The translations under genes were made by a program, and so were the position numbers. Below the pieces are notes generated by a model. It worked only from the letters and a program-made list of their open reading frames with translations. It searched no databases and was not told the DNA's origin. DNA of 64,000 nt from Bacteroidales bacterium (GTDB taxonomy: Bacteria > Bacteroidota > Bacteroidia > Bacteroidales > UBA12077), in the NCBI GenBank assembly GCA_028282585.1, contig JANQHR010000011.1, forward strand, positions 8,595 to 72,594, given 5' to 3'. Below, one piece after another: positions 1 to 10,063 of this stretch (the first letter of the stretch is position 1; every line of letters starts with the position of its first letter).

Positions 1-296
1 GCTATTAAATAATAACTTAAAACATATAACACAAAAGTGACAAAAAAAGGTAGCAGCCTTTCCTTATTACTTTCCATATGAATATTTTTTATTATCCTTT
101 GAAAAATAAAAAAAGGAACAAAAGTTAATGGTAAAACAAAAGTACAAACTATGATTATCAGTAAGTATATCTTTTTATAATTATAAGGTAAGAATTCCAA
201 TGTAGATCCGGAATTATATAAAATATAAATAGCTATTGTCGGCAACAAAAGAGGATGGAATAGTATTGAAAATATTTTTGCAAGAGTTTTATCCAT
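1..296 (-). CDS. Partial integral membrane protein (conserved Bacteroidota PAP2-like membrane protein downstream of rpoN); runs off the window edge
   Basis: My translation from ATG at 296: MDKTLAKIFSILFHPLLLPT...MESNKERLLPFFV..., open to the edge, several hydrophobic helices; not in the ORF track. Confidence 0.75.
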   Translation of the reverse strand, partial: MDKTLAKIFSILFHPLLLPTIAIYILYNSGSTLEFLPYNYKKIYLLIIIVCTFVLPLTFVPFFIFQRIIKNIHMESNKERLLPFFVTFVLYVLSYYLI

Positions 297-297
297 A

Positions 298-1755
298 CTA
301 AAGTTCTTTTCTAAGCCGTGCAACGGGAATATTAAGTTGTTCACGGTATTTAGCTACCGTTCTTCTGGCAATTTTGTAGCCCTTTTCTTTCAAAATTTCA
401 GTAAGTTTATCATCTGTTAAAGGTTTTTTCTTATCCTCACCGTCAATACATTCTTTTAGGATAGATTTTATTTCTCTTGTAGAAACTTCCTCTCCTGATT
501 CAGTTTGTAATCCTTCAGAGAAAAAATATTTTAAAGAATAAATCCCGAAATGAGTTTGAATATACTTGCTATTCGCAACACGCGAAATTGTTGATATATC
601 AAGACCAGTTTTTTCTGCAATATCTTTTAAAATCATTGGCTTTAATTTTGCCTCATCTCCTTCCTTAAAATACTCATACTGGTATTCTATGATTGCATTC
701 ATAGTTAATAGCAAAGTATTTTGTCTTTGTTTAATGGCATCGATAAACCATTTAGCAGAATCTAACTTTTGTTTAACAAATGATATTGCTTCTTTATCAC
801 CTTTGGTTTTTTCGTTTTTACTTTTACTTGTATAAGATTGAAGCATTTCTGTATAAGTATAGCTTAATCTTAAATCAGGAACATTACGTGCGTTTAAAGA
901 TAATTGTAATTCTCCGTCATTATTTTCAAGAATAAAATCAGGCACCAGAGTTTGAATTACTTGCGATGTAGCAGAAAAACTGCTCCCTGGTCTGGGATTA
1001 AGTTTTAATATCTCATTGATGGAAACTTTTAGTTCTTCTTCAGAAATATTTAATCGTGTAACAATTTTCTCGTAGTGTTTTTTTGTAAATTCGTTAAAAT
1101 AATATTTCAGAATTTTCCAGGCTAAATCAATTTCTGGATTTTCCCTATCCCGATTCTGAATTTGAATTAGCAGACACTCTTGAAGATGTCTTGCTCCAAC
1201 ACCCGCAGGTTCTAAATCCTGAACTATTCTTAATACTTCAAGTAACTCATCTTCGTCGGTATCAATATTTTGAGAAAATGCTAAATCATTAGCAATTGCT
1301 TCTAATTTTCGTCTAACATAACCATCATCGTCCAAATTTCCAATTAGATAAGTAGCTAGCACTTCCTCCTTTTCTGTTAGATTTCTAAGTCCCAATTGAT
1401 TTTGGAGATGTTCATGAAAAGATATCCCAACTGAGAAAGGGATATCTTCTTTTTTATCATCTTTTGAATAATTGTTTGCAGTTAATTTATAAGAAGGAAT
1501 ATCTTCATCATTAATGTAATCGTCTAAAGAAAATTCATCCAGATCATTATCTAAATTATCTTCCGTTATTTCTTCTTCTCCACTATCATTAAACAGATCT
1601 TCTTCTTTTCCTTCTTCCAACACAGGATTTTCCTCTAGCTCCTTCTTAATTCTTTGCTCAAGCTGTATAGTTGGTATTTCCAACAGCTTAATCATTTGAA
1701 TTTGCTGAGGCGAAAGCTTTTGTAATAATTTTTGTTGTAAACTTTGCTTTAACAT
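298..1755 (-). CDS. rpoN: RNA polymerase sigma-54 factor
   Basis: Gln/Leu-rich region I (QKLSPQQIQMIKLL), HTH DISTISR, RpoN box ARRTVAKYRE. Confidence 0.98.
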   Translation of the reverse strand: MLKQSLQQKLLQKLSPQQIQMIKLLEIPTIQLEQRIKKELEENPVLEEGKEEDLFNDSGEEEITEDNLDNDLDEFSLDDYINDEDIPSYKLTANNYSKDDKKEDIPFSVGISFHEHLQNQLGLRNLTEKEEVLATYLIGNLDDDGYVRRKLEAIANDLAFSQNIDTDEDELLEVLRIVQDLEPAGVGARHLQECLLIQIQNRDRENPEIDLAWKILKYYFNEFTKKHYEKIVTRLNISEEELKVSINEILKLNPRPGSSFSATSQVIQTLVPDFILENNDGELQLSLNARNVPDLRLSYTYTEMLQSYTSKSKNEKTKGDKEAISFVKQKLDSAKWFIDAIKQRQNTLLLTMNAIIEYQYEYFKEGDEAKLKPMILKDIAEKTGLDISTISRVANSKYIQTHFGIYSLKYFFSEGLQTESGEEVSTREIKSILKECIDGEDKKKPLTDDKLTEILKEKGYKIARRTVAKYREQLNIPVARLRKEL

Positions 1756-1785
1756 ATCCCGTGCAAAATATTTGCTTAAATTTAA

Positions 1786-3231
1786 TTAAAATTCTGCATT
1801 CTTTGGTGTTCTTGGAAACGGAATCACATCACGAATGTTCGACATTCCTGTAACAAAAAGAATCAACCGTTCAAAACCTAATCCAAATCCGCTATGCGGA
1901 ACTGTACCAAATTTTCTTGTTTCTAAATACCACCACAAATCTTTTTCAGGAATTCCCATTTCCTTAATTCTGGTTGCTAACTTATCATAAACCTCTTCTC
2001 TTTGCGAACCTCCAATTATTTCACCAATTCCAGGAAAAAGAACATCCAAAGCACGAACGGTTTTACCATCATCATTTTGTTTCATATAAAAAGCCTTAAT
2101 TTCTTTTGGATAATCAGTTACCATTACTGGTTTTTTATAATGCTTTTCAACCAGGTAACGTTCATGTTCCGATTGTAAATCAACACCCCAGTTTACTGGA
2201 AATTGAAATTTACCTTTTTTTGCAGGTTTAGAATTTTTTAAAATATCTATTGCTTCGGTGTATGATATTCTGGCAAAATCATCTTTAAGAATGAACTCTA
2301 ATTTTTCAATTAAAGCCATTTCTGATTTTTCGTTTTGTGGCTTGTTCTTTTCTTCTTGTATTAAACGGTTTTCTAAAAATTTCAAATCATCCATGCAATT
2401 ATCCAAAGCATACTTAATCAAATATTTAAGCATATCTTCGGCCAAATCCATGTTATCATGGATATCATAAAATGCCATTTCTGGTTCTATCATCCAGAAT
2501 TCTGCCAAGTGGCGAGGTGTATTGGAATTTTCAGCTCTAAACGTTGGTCCGAATGTATAAACATTTGATAAAGCTGTAGCGCCTAATTCTGCTTCTAACT
2601 GACCCGATACGGTAAGGTTAGTTTCTTTCCCAAAAAAGTCTTCGGTATAGTTTATTTCGCCGTCTTCAGTTTTTGGTAGGTTTTTGAAATCTAAAGTGGA
2701 AACGCGAAACATTTCACCAGCGCCTTCAGCATCCGATCCTGTTACAATTGGTGTATGTAAATAATAGAAATTTCCATCATTAAAATATTTATGTATAGCA
2801 AAAGCCATTGCATGACGAATTCTGAAAACAGCACCAAATGTGTTTGTTCTAAATCTTAGGTGAGCTATTTCACGCAAGAATTCCAACGTATGACCTTTCT
2901 TTTGCAAAGGATAAGATTCCGGATCGGCAGTACCATATAGTTCAACCTCTTTGGCCTGAATTTCAACATTTTGTCCCTTTCCCATTGATTTAACCAATGT
3001 ACCATTTACACTGATACTTGCTCCAGTTGTTATATTTTTTATTAAATTTTCTTCGAAATTTACTACATCTATTACTACTTGTATATTATTAATTGTGGAA
3101 CCATCATTAAGTGCTACAAAAACAACTTGTTTATTTCCTCTTTTGGTTCTAACCCAACCTTTTACATTTACATTTCGATCTGCCTCCGTCGATTGTAATA
3201 AATCTTTAATAAAACTTCTTCTCTGTTCCAT
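1786..3231 (-). CDS. asnS: Asparagine--tRNA ligase
   Basis: OB-fold [47 protein letters not shown]. Confidence 0.98.
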   Translation of the reverse strand: MEQRRSFIKDLLQSTEADRNVNVKGWVRTKRGNKQVVFVALNDGSTINNIQVVIDVVNFEENLIKNITTGASISVNGTLVKSMGKGQNVEIQAKEVELYGTADPESYPLQKKGHTLEFLREIAHLRFRTNTFGAVFRIRHAMAFAIHKYFNDGNFYYLHTPIVTGSDAEGAGEMFRVSTLDFKNLPKTEDGEINYTEDFFGKETNLTVSGQLEAELGATALSNVYTFGPTFRAENSNTPRHLAEFWMIEPEMAFYDIHDNMDLAEDMLKYLIKYALDNCMDDLKFLENRLIQEEKNKPQNEKSEMALIEKLEFILKDDFARISYTEAIDILKNSKPAKKGKFQFPVNWGVDLQSEHERYLVEKHYKKPVMVTDYPKEIKAFYMKQNDDGKTVRALDVLFPGIGEIIGGSQREEVYDKLATRIKEMGIPEKDLWWYLETRKFGTVPHSGFGLGFERLILFVTGMSNIRDVIPFPRTPKNAEF

Positions 3232-3453
3232 AATTTAATAATGATAAAATTAATCTCACAAAAATAATATTTTTCAATCGATATAAAATAGTTATTAAGC
3301 GATATAAATTAGGATAATCTGAGATTTTAATTTGATTATATTCGAGATATTTTGTATATTATAACAATTGATTTCTTACCTAAACCTCTTGCAAGCTAAT
3401 CAAAGGTGTGGTAGATAATTACATTAATCTAACCAAAAATAAATAAGATACTT

Positions 3454-4236
3454 ATGGAAAAATGGAAAATAGAAAACAATGTCTTGGATAGCGACGAAAA
3501 AAACGAAAAACTAATGATTGTAATAAATGACATTGTTGAAGAGTTTGACAGGTTAATACCTACCGGCCCTCCATTAGGATTTAAAAGACTTGAATTGATT
3601 AATGATGAAGTAGCAGGGCCTACCTTTTATTGGCCTCGTGGGCAAGATTTTTATAAAATTGCACTAAATATTTCTGATGTAAATTATAATCAAGCGGCTT
3701 TTCAATTTTCACAGGGGTTGTGTAGAATATATTGTGATCCAAGAATGCGAAGTTGGTTTATTCAATTGGTAAGTCACCTTTGTGGATTATATGCTTTGGA
3801 TTTTCTTGCGCGTAAGTGGGATGAAAATCCACCTAACGATTATTTAAAAGAATATTGGTATAATTTCGATTCATATAAAAGTAATCTCTTAGGTGCAGCC
3901 TTTAGTAAGGTAGATATTGTTAAATACCAGGTTGCAAATGAATGGGTACAATATCAGATTAATAAATTAAGACGTAAGGATAAAATTAATCGAGGTAAAT
4001 TATTAATCATTGCGTACGAATTGCTCCCAATGTTTAAGGAACATCCTGAAAGTTGGCAAATTTTGCCATTTGTTGGAAAGTGTTCGGTTCCTCCTCCACC
4101 GGAAGATCCAAAGGAAATAGTTGTTGACAGGGATACAGAACCGGACTTTGATAAATTAATGGATCAAATTCCAGATGAAATGAAAGAATTTGCTACCAAA
4201 TTTTACGATAAAATAGGAGCCGGGGAGCATATTTAA
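3454..4236 (+). CDS. Hypothetical protein, zincin-like family member with degenerate metal site
   Basis: 260-aa ORF; QAAFQFSQGLCRIYC...WFIQ...LARKWDENPP resembles a YQFAHExCH...WFEE...W..PP hypothetical family. Confidence 0.6.
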   Translation: MEKWKIENNVLDSDEKNEKLMIVINDIVEEFDRLIPTGPPLGFKRLELINDEVAGPTFYWPRGQDFYKIALNISDVNYNQAAFQFSQGLCRIYCDPRMRSWFIQLVSHLCGLYALDFLARKWDENPPNDYLKEYWYNFDSYKSNLLGAAFSKVDIVKYQVANEWVQYQINKLRRKDKINRGKLLIIAYELLPMFKEHPESWQILPFVGKCSVPPPPEDPKEIVVDRDTEPDFDKLMDQIPDEMKEFATKFYDKIGAGEHI

Positions 4237-4291
4237 TTTATTGACTGATTGTTGTTAATACCTTCTTTTGTTTAACTTAATAATTTATGTT

Positions 4292-5407
4292 ATGGAAGAT
4301 AAATTAATAACAATTGCGGTTCATAATTATGCCCGGGCAGAAATCCTTCGTACCCGATTGGAAGCGGAGGATATTGCATGTTACCTAAAAAATATTAATC
4401 TAGTTCATTCTGTGATCTCAGGAGGAGTGAAAGTAAGAGTTAACTCAAAAGATTTGGAGAAAGCTCTTCGCGTTGTTGAAAAGGTGAGCGAAAACTTTCG
4501 TGATGAATATCAAACAGAAACGGAAGGAACAAGTAGAAGCGTTCAAAGAATTTTAGTCCCAATAGATTTTAGCGATTATTCAGTAAATGCTTGCCGTTAT
4601 GCAATTGGATTAGCAGAGAAGCTTAATGCTGAAATAAAGTTAATGCATGTTTACTACAATCCTGTTGTAAACTCAATGCCACTTACTGATACATATTATT
4701 ATCAGGTCAATATGGACGAAATAATAAGAGAAATAGAGTTACGTGCAAAAACTAGTATGGAACAGTTTTATGCAGATTTAAAAGAAAAGATAGAGATTGA
4801 TAATATTCAGGGAGTGAAGTTGGATTATATGTTAGTAAGAGGTATTGCAAGCGAAGAAATCATTGCAAAGAGCGAAGAGTACAAACCTGATGTAATAATT
4901 ATAGGTACGCGTGGGCAAGGAGAACGTGAGAATGATTTAATTGGTAGTGTGACAGCTAAAATTATTGAAGATGCAAAAGTTCCGGTATTAGTAATTCCGG
5001 AGGATTCGTTGTACGAGGGTATTGCCACTATTAATATTTTATATGCTACCGACTTTGATGAGTCCGATTATAAGGCTATGAAAAAGCTTATGAATATTCT
5101 AGCCCCATTTGAGTTTAGATTATATTGCGTTCATATTGGAAAGCCAAATAATCTTGAGTGGGATAAAGCTAAAATGAATACTTTGAAGGAAAAACTCATT
5201 AATCAATATCCAGATTATGAAATAGAATGTAGTTTATTGGAGGAAGAAGATTTCTTAAAAGGAATACAGGAATTAATCCGGGAAAAGCGAATTGATATAA
5301 TTTCTTTAGTTACGCATAAAAGAAGTTTGATCTCTAAATTATTGAATCCAAGTGTCGCAAGAAAAGTATTATTTCACACAAATATTCCTTTTTTAGTGTT
5401 TCATTAA
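4292..5407 (+). CDS. Universal stress protein with N-terminal DUF2007-like signal-transduction domain
   Basis: AEILRTRLEAEDI...GVKVRV N-terminus; RILVPIDFSDYS and GSVTAKII USP motifs; second USP domain ILYATDF; ATG at 4292 preferred over TTG 4268. Confidence 0.88.
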   Translation: MEDKLITIAVHNYARAEILRTRLEAEDIACYLKNINLVHSVISGGVKVRVNSKDLEKALRVVEKVSENFRDEYQTETEGTSRSVQRILVPIDFSDYSVNACRYAIGLAEKLNAEIKLMHVYYNPVVNSMPLTDTYYYQVNMDEIIREIELRAKTSMEQFYADLKEKIEIDNIQGVKLDYMLVRGIASEEIIAKSEEYKPDVIIIGTRGQGERENDLIGSVTAKIIEDAKVPVLVIPEDSLYEGIATINILYATDFDESDYKAMKKLMNILAPFEFRLYCVHIGKPNNLEWDKAKMNTLKEKLINQYPDYEIECSLLEEEDFLKGIQELIREKRIDIISLVTHKRSLISKLLNPSVARKVLFHTNIPFLVFH

Positions 5408-6096
5408 GATAAATTATGAGATAAGGCTTCAGCTAATTTCAGGTCAATTTGAGAGGTAATTTTAATATTTTCTCTATTACCGGGAACCAGATTTATTTTA
5501 ATATCTAATTTTTCGACTACACTCGCATCATCAGTAAATGTTTCTTCCCAACCTTGTCCATACGCTTTTTTAATTAGTTTTACATCAAAAGCTTGTGGTG
5601 TTTGAATGAGCTTATATTTATTCCTGTTGGCAGGTTTATTTATTCCATCATCAACGTAACGAATAGAATCAACCAAATCAATATACGGTATAGCATTTCC
5701 ATTAATTGTTGCAATTTCAAAAACTTGTTCAATAGTTTCTTGATTTACCAAGGGTCTGACTCCATCATGTATTGCAACAATTCCATCACCAGATATCTTT
5801 TCGAGAGCATTTTTAACGGAGTGATACCTTGTTTTTCCACCTAAAACAATAGAATGGTCAATCACAAAATCATTTTTACTGCATAATTCTTTCCAGTAAT
5901 TAATATGACCTTTAGGCAGAGTCAGAATAATTTTAACAGTTGGATCAAACTTATGAAAAACGGAAATACTTTTCATTAGAATAATTTCGCCATTTATTTT
6001 AAGAAACTGTTTTGGTAAAGAACTAGCCATTCTTTGACCTGAACCACCGGCAACTATAACTACAAATCTGTTCATTTTATAATCAATAAGATTCAA
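5404..6096 (-). CDS. ispD: 2-C-methyl-D-erythritol 4-phosphate cytidylyltransferase
   Basis: AGGSGQRM..PKQF, IHDGVRP, QTPQAF, TDDASV, NIKIT. Confidence 0.96.
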   Translation of the reverse strand: MNLIDYKMNRFVVIVAGGSGQRMASSLPKQFLKINGEIILMKSISVFHKFDPTVKIILTLPKGHINYWKELCSKNDFVIDHSIVLGGKTRYHSVKNALEKISGDGIVAIHDGVRPLVNQETIEQVFEIATINGNAIPYIDLVDSIRYVDDGINKPANRNKYKLIQTPQAFDVKLIKKAYGQGWEETFTDDASVVEKLDIKINLVPGNRENIKITSQIDLKLAEALSHNLS

Positions 6097-6206
6097 AGTT
6101 ATAAATAAAAACTTGCCAATTCAATAAGTTGATAATTCTAATTACTTTATTATATTTGGGGTTTGACAAAATTATGTGGAAATTTTTTTGTTTAAATTAA
6201 TGTTAT

Positions 6207-6233
6207 TATATTTGCATACCAAACGGTCGGTTT
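6207..6233 (+). promoter_or_regulatory. Bacteroidota -7 element plus putative TetR operator
   Basis: TATATTTG (TAnnTTTG) at 6207-6214, then imperfect palindrome ATACC-N8-GGTTT at 6216-6233 directly before the TetR ATG. Confidence 0.65.
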
Positions 6234-6234
6234 T

Positions 6235-6837
6235 ATGAGTCCAACAAAAGAACACATTATTTTAACATCATTTAGACTCTTTTTACAAAAAGGATATAAA
6301 GAAGTTACTATGAGTATGCTTGTAAAAGCGACGGGATTATCAAAAGGAGCTTTTTATCACTATTTTGAAAATAAAGAGCAATTATTTGTTGAGACATTAG
6401 ATAATTTGTTTTTTTCTATATCACCATTTAATAAAGAAATGGTTATTAATCCGGAAGTTTCTTTTTACGATTACATGCAAATGTATATTGATAACGTGAA
6501 AAAGATGGCTAAAATGATAACGAGCTATATAGGAGAAGAAGGTTCTGGAATGGGATATTACCGTTTAATGTTAGATGTTGCAAATTATGCACCGGATTTT
6601 AACAGAAAAATAGAGGAATCGAATCAAAATGAATTGGCCTTTTGGAAAAAGATAGTTGAGAATGGAATACAAAAAGGCGAAATTAACAAAGAACTGGATG
6701 TGGAGATTTTAGCGAATCATTTTCAGTGGTTGCAGGATGGGATTGCTTTAAACTCTATTTTCACCGGTAATCCGCAGGTTTTATATAGCCATTTGGAACA
6801 GGCATTTGAACAATTATATAAGTGTATTAAGGTTTAA
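6235..6837 (+). CDS. TetR/AcrR family transcriptional regulator
   Basis: LFLQKGYKEVTM...GLSKGAFYHYFENKEQLF HTH. Confidence 0.95.
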   Translation: MSPTKEHIILTSFRLFLQKGYKEVTMSMLVKATGLSKGAFYHYFENKEQLFVETLDNLFFSISPFNKEMVINPEVSFYDYMQMYIDNVKKMAKMITSYIGEEGSGMGYYRLMLDVANYAPDFNRKIEESNQNELAFWKKIVENGIQKGEINKELDVEILANHFQWLQDGIALNSIFTGNPQVLYSHLEQAFEQLYKCIKV

Positions 6838-6856
6838 AATTTTTTTATAACAAAAC

Positions 6857-6874
6857 ATACCGGATGGTTGGTAT
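6857..6874. promoter_or_regulatory. Second putative TetR operator, upstream of the ACP-like gene
   Basis: ATACC-GGATGGTT-GGTAT; same arms and 8-bp spacer as 6216-6233. Confidence 0.6.
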
Positions 6875-6951
6875 AATATTTGATTGTAAAAATTAATGAA
6901 AGGAACAATTTTTGAGTAGATAAGCTAAATAATAATAAAAACGCCACGCTT

Positions 6952-7203
6952 ATGAAAAATATAGAGAAGAGATTAAGGAAAGTTTTGATTGAATATGGAA
7001 TTGATCGAAACAAGATATCGAAGGACACGGATTATTACTTCGATTTAAATCTGGATATTCTTGATTTGATGGGATTAGCTAAACGAATTAAAAGAGAGTT
7101 TATGATTAATATCCCTGATAATGAAATATTAAGAATGGAAAGAGTTTCTGATACTTTGTATTTTTTGGACAAGAAAACCAATATGCTAAATGCACATAAC
7201 TAG
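6952..7203 (+). CDS. Acyl-carrier-protein-like protein (attachment Ser replaced by Ile)
   Basis: 83 aa; DLNLDILDL...IKREFMINIPDNE...VSD matches the ACP pattern DLGLDSLD...EEEFGIEIPD. Confidence 0.75.
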   Translation: MKNIEKRLRKVLIEYGIDRNKISKDTDYYFDLNLDILDLMGLAKRIKREFMINIPDNEILRMERVSDTLYFLDKKTNMLNAHN

Positions 7204-7323
7204 ATTGGTTTTATAATTATGATTAGGTTAGGATTCACTCAATTAAGATTGAGTATAAATTATATTACGTTTTTTCTAGGCTGAAAAGCCGTTCTATTCT
7301 TTTCAAAGCAGTTTAAAGTGGTT

Positions 7324-7352
7324 AAGAGCGCCTGTGGTGGGCGCTCTTTTTT
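7324..7352 (+). terminator. Intrinsic terminator
   Basis: AAGAGCGCC-loop-GGCGCTCTT followed by a T-run, between convergent genes. Confidence 0.85.
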
Positions 7353-9015
7353 ATAGTTCCGCAGATGAGTATAAAAATCTTTTTATACTACGTTTTGGAG
7401 TTTTCTCAAATTCTTCAGAATAAATTTTAATTTTAGAAATCTGCATATACTTTGCTAAATTTAAGTTAGCATTATTTTTATTTTCTTGCATAATTTCATT
7501 TAACTTGGATTCACTAATTTTTTCTTTGTCCACTGCTTCCAAATCGGGATAAACTAACGCTGTTAATTTGTTTTCTTTTTCAATAATCACAGACTCTTGA
7601 ATATATGGCATATTGTTCAATTTTGCTTCAATTTCTTCAGGGTAGATATTTTCACCGGAAGGTCCTAGTATCAGGCTTTTATTTCTCCCTTTTATAAATA
7701 CGAAGTTTTCCTGATCAATAACGCCCAGATCACCAGTATGTAACCATCCTTCTTTATCAATTGCCTGTTCAGTAGCTTCAATGTTTTTGTAATATCCATA
7801 CATTACGTTTTCACCTCGTACCATAATTTCTCCGATTTCGGAATATGGATCGTTAGAATCTATTTTAACTTCTAGCGTATCGACCAATTTACCTGCCGAT
7901 CCTATCTTGGTTTTATTCCAATTTGCATAACTAATCAAAGGTCCACATTCTGTCATTCCGTAACCAACCGTAAAATTGAATCCTATTTTTTTCAGAAATA
8001 ATTCTACTTCTTTGTTCAACGCTGCTCCTCCAATGATAACCTCTTTGAAATTTCCGCCAAAAACATCTGTAAGCTTTTTCCGAATTTTTGAATAAATAGC
8101 TTTGTCAAATAGAGGAACGCTTAAAAGGATTTTCATTGTTTTTGTGCCAATGGCCGGTAAAATTTGCTTTTTGTAGATTTTTTCTATGATAAGAGGAACT
8201 GTAATTACTATAGTAGGTTTTATTTCTTTAAATGCTTGAATAATAATTTTTGGCGAAGGTGTTCTTGTTAAAAAATGGATATGACAACCTATAGAAAATG
8301 GCCATAAAAATTCAAACGCACAACCATAAGTATGAGCTAAAGGTAGAAAGGAAACAACATCATCACCAGGATCAAGAGGCAGATTTCTATGAGCGAACCT
8401 AATGTTAGCAGCTAAACTGTTAAGAGGTAAAACAACACCTTTAGAAAAACCAGTTGTTCCTGATGTATAATTTAAAACTCCTACTTCTTCATTTGAAACC
8501 TCATCGAAATTAAGAGTTTTAGCAGCAACTCCACCAGGATATACATCATCATACAGATCAGGAAGGTTATCATATATTGATTTGATTTTTTCTTCGTTTC
8601 CTTCAATAAGAATTGTAAAATCTGTTAACGAAAAAATAGCTCTTAAGTTTGGCATACTTTTTTCATCAAGATTTTCCCAGACATGATCTCCGGCAAATAA
8701 AACAATCGAATCGGAATGATTAACAATATGGTGTACATCATCCGGATGAAAATCAGGAAGAATGGGAACAATAGTAGCTCCATAAGAAATTACTGCTAAA
8801 TAAGTTATTGCCCAGTTTGCAGAGTTTTTTCCAATTAATGCAATTTTATCACCCTTTTTAACTTCACATTCTTCGAACATGATATGCATTTTTGCAATTT
8901 TCCTTGCAACATCACTATATTTAAAACTCTTTCCCTGATAATCGCTAAGAGCTGGAAGATCCCAGTTTTTCTTTAAACTGTTTTCAATATATTTTATGAA
9001 ATTTTCTGGTACCAT
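7351..9015 (-). CDS. Long-chain-fatty-acid--CoA ligase (AMP-binding)
   Basis: YTSGTTGFSKG, GYGMTE, GWLHTGDLG, GENIYPEEIE; probable start ATG 9015 (MVPENF). Confidence 0.93.
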   Translation of the reverse strand: MVPENFIKYIENSLKKNWDLPALSDYQGKSFKYSDVARKIAKMHIMFEECEVKKGDKIALIGKNSANWAITYLAVISYGATIVPILPDFHPDDVHHIVNHSDSIVLFAGDHVWENLDEKSMPNLRAIFSLTDFTILIEGNEEKIKSIYDNLPDLYDDVYPGGVAAKTLNFDEVSNEEVGVLNYTSGTTGFSKGVVLPLNSLAANIRFAHRNLPLDPGDDVVSFLPLAHTYGCAFEFLWPFSIGCHIHFLTRTPSPKIIIQAFKEIKPTIVITVPLIIEKIYKKQILPAIGTKTMKILLSVPLFDKAIYSKIRKKLTDVFGGNFKEVIIGGAALNKEVELFLKKIGFNFTVGYGMTECGPLISYANWNKTKIGSAGKLVDTLEVKIDSNDPYSEIGEIMVRGENVMYGYYKNIEATEQAIDKEGWLHTGDLGVIDQENFVFIKGRNKSLILGPSGENIYPEEIEAKLNNMPYIQESVIIEKENKLTALVYPDLEAVDKEKISESKLNEIMQENKNNANLNLAKYMQISKIKIYSEEFEKTPKRSIKRFLYSSAEL

Positions 9016-9221
9016 CGCTTTTATTCTTAAGTAAAATCTAACCAGTAAACTTAAAAAATATATATATATAATCAAATAGATTAATGAGTTGATTTGCAAG
9101 GCAAACAATATATGCACGTAAGGTGTTATTATTGTATACATGTTAAAAACGGTGAACATATAACGGGAACAATAATATAATTCTTAATTTTGAGCCCTCA
9201 AATTTAGGTATAGGTGATAAT

Positions 9222-9947
9222 ATGAGTAATAAAGAGCAAGCACAAGAACTATCAGATCGATTAGAAGGTAAATCGCCTGAAGAAGTTCTAAAATATTTTA
9301 TTGATAAATGTGATCAAAAAGTTGGTTTTGCGTCTAGCCTTGGAGCTGAAGACCAGGTATTGACCGATATGATCTGTAAAATAAATAAAAATGTAAATAT
9401 TTTTACATTGGATACCGGAAGGCTGTTTCCTGAAACGTATAATCTTATTGCTAAAACAAGTGATCATTATGGGAAAAAAATCAAGGTGTATTTTCCGGAT
9501 CACAAAAAGGTTGAAGAAATGGTTGAGGAGTTGGGAATCAATCATTTTTATAAAAGTGTTGAAAATAGGGAGCGCTGCTGCTATTTAAGAAAAAAAGAGC
9601 CATTAAAAAGGGCTTTTAAAGGATTGGAGGCATGGATTTGTGGTTTACGAAAAGATCAGTCGATAACTCGCTTTAATAATAAATTGGTTGAATGGGATAA
9701 ACAGCATGATCTTTTTAAAATTAATCCTTTAATTGATTGGACGGAAGATCAGGTTTGGGATTATATTAAAAAGAATAATGTTCCGTATAATGAGTTGCAC
9801 GATAAAGGATTCCCAAGTATTGGCTGCCAACCTTGTACGCGAGCAATACAACCCGGAGAAGATGTACGCGCAGGAAGATGGTGGTGGGAGCAACCTGAAA
9901 AACGTGAATGTGGATTGCATAACCGGCCAAATAAAATGGCTAAATAG
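9222..9947 (+). CDS. cysH: APS/PAPS reductase, Fe-S (APS-reductase) type
   Basis: LDTGRLF, CCYLRK, SIGCQPCT, GRWWWE, ECGLH. Confidence 0.95.
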   Translation: MSNKEQAQELSDRLEGKSPEEVLKYFIDKCDQKVGFASSLGAEDQVLTDMICKINKNVNIFTLDTGRLFPETYNLIAKTSDHYGKKIKVYFPDHKKVEEMVEELGINHFYKSVENRERCCYLRKKEPLKRAFKGLEAWICGLRKDQSITRFNNKLVEWDKQHDLFKINPLIDWTEDQVWDYIKKNNVPYNELHDKGFPSIGCQPCTRAIQPGEDVRAGRWWWEQPEKRECGLHNRPNKMAK

Positions 9948-10063
9948 AATACTTATTGATGCAGGCACATTATTACTTACTGATGAAATTGATCTGATAT
10001 TTCGGGCATTGATTTCATACTATTTTAATTGTATATTGTGTTGTTGATTAATATTGTATTGTT

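Noticed and set aside
3365-3420. Imperfect stem in the leader of the 3454 gene (ACCTAAACCTCTTG...CAAAGGTGTGGT)
   Set aside because: No match to a riboswitch consensus I can recognise; would need an Rfam/Infernal search.
9016-9159. Long N-terminal extensions from the ORF track (also 34458-34526, 44075-44122, 47927-48046, 20448-20498)
   Set aside because: They cover promoter/intergenic DNA or overlap neighbours; downstream ATGs match family N-termini.
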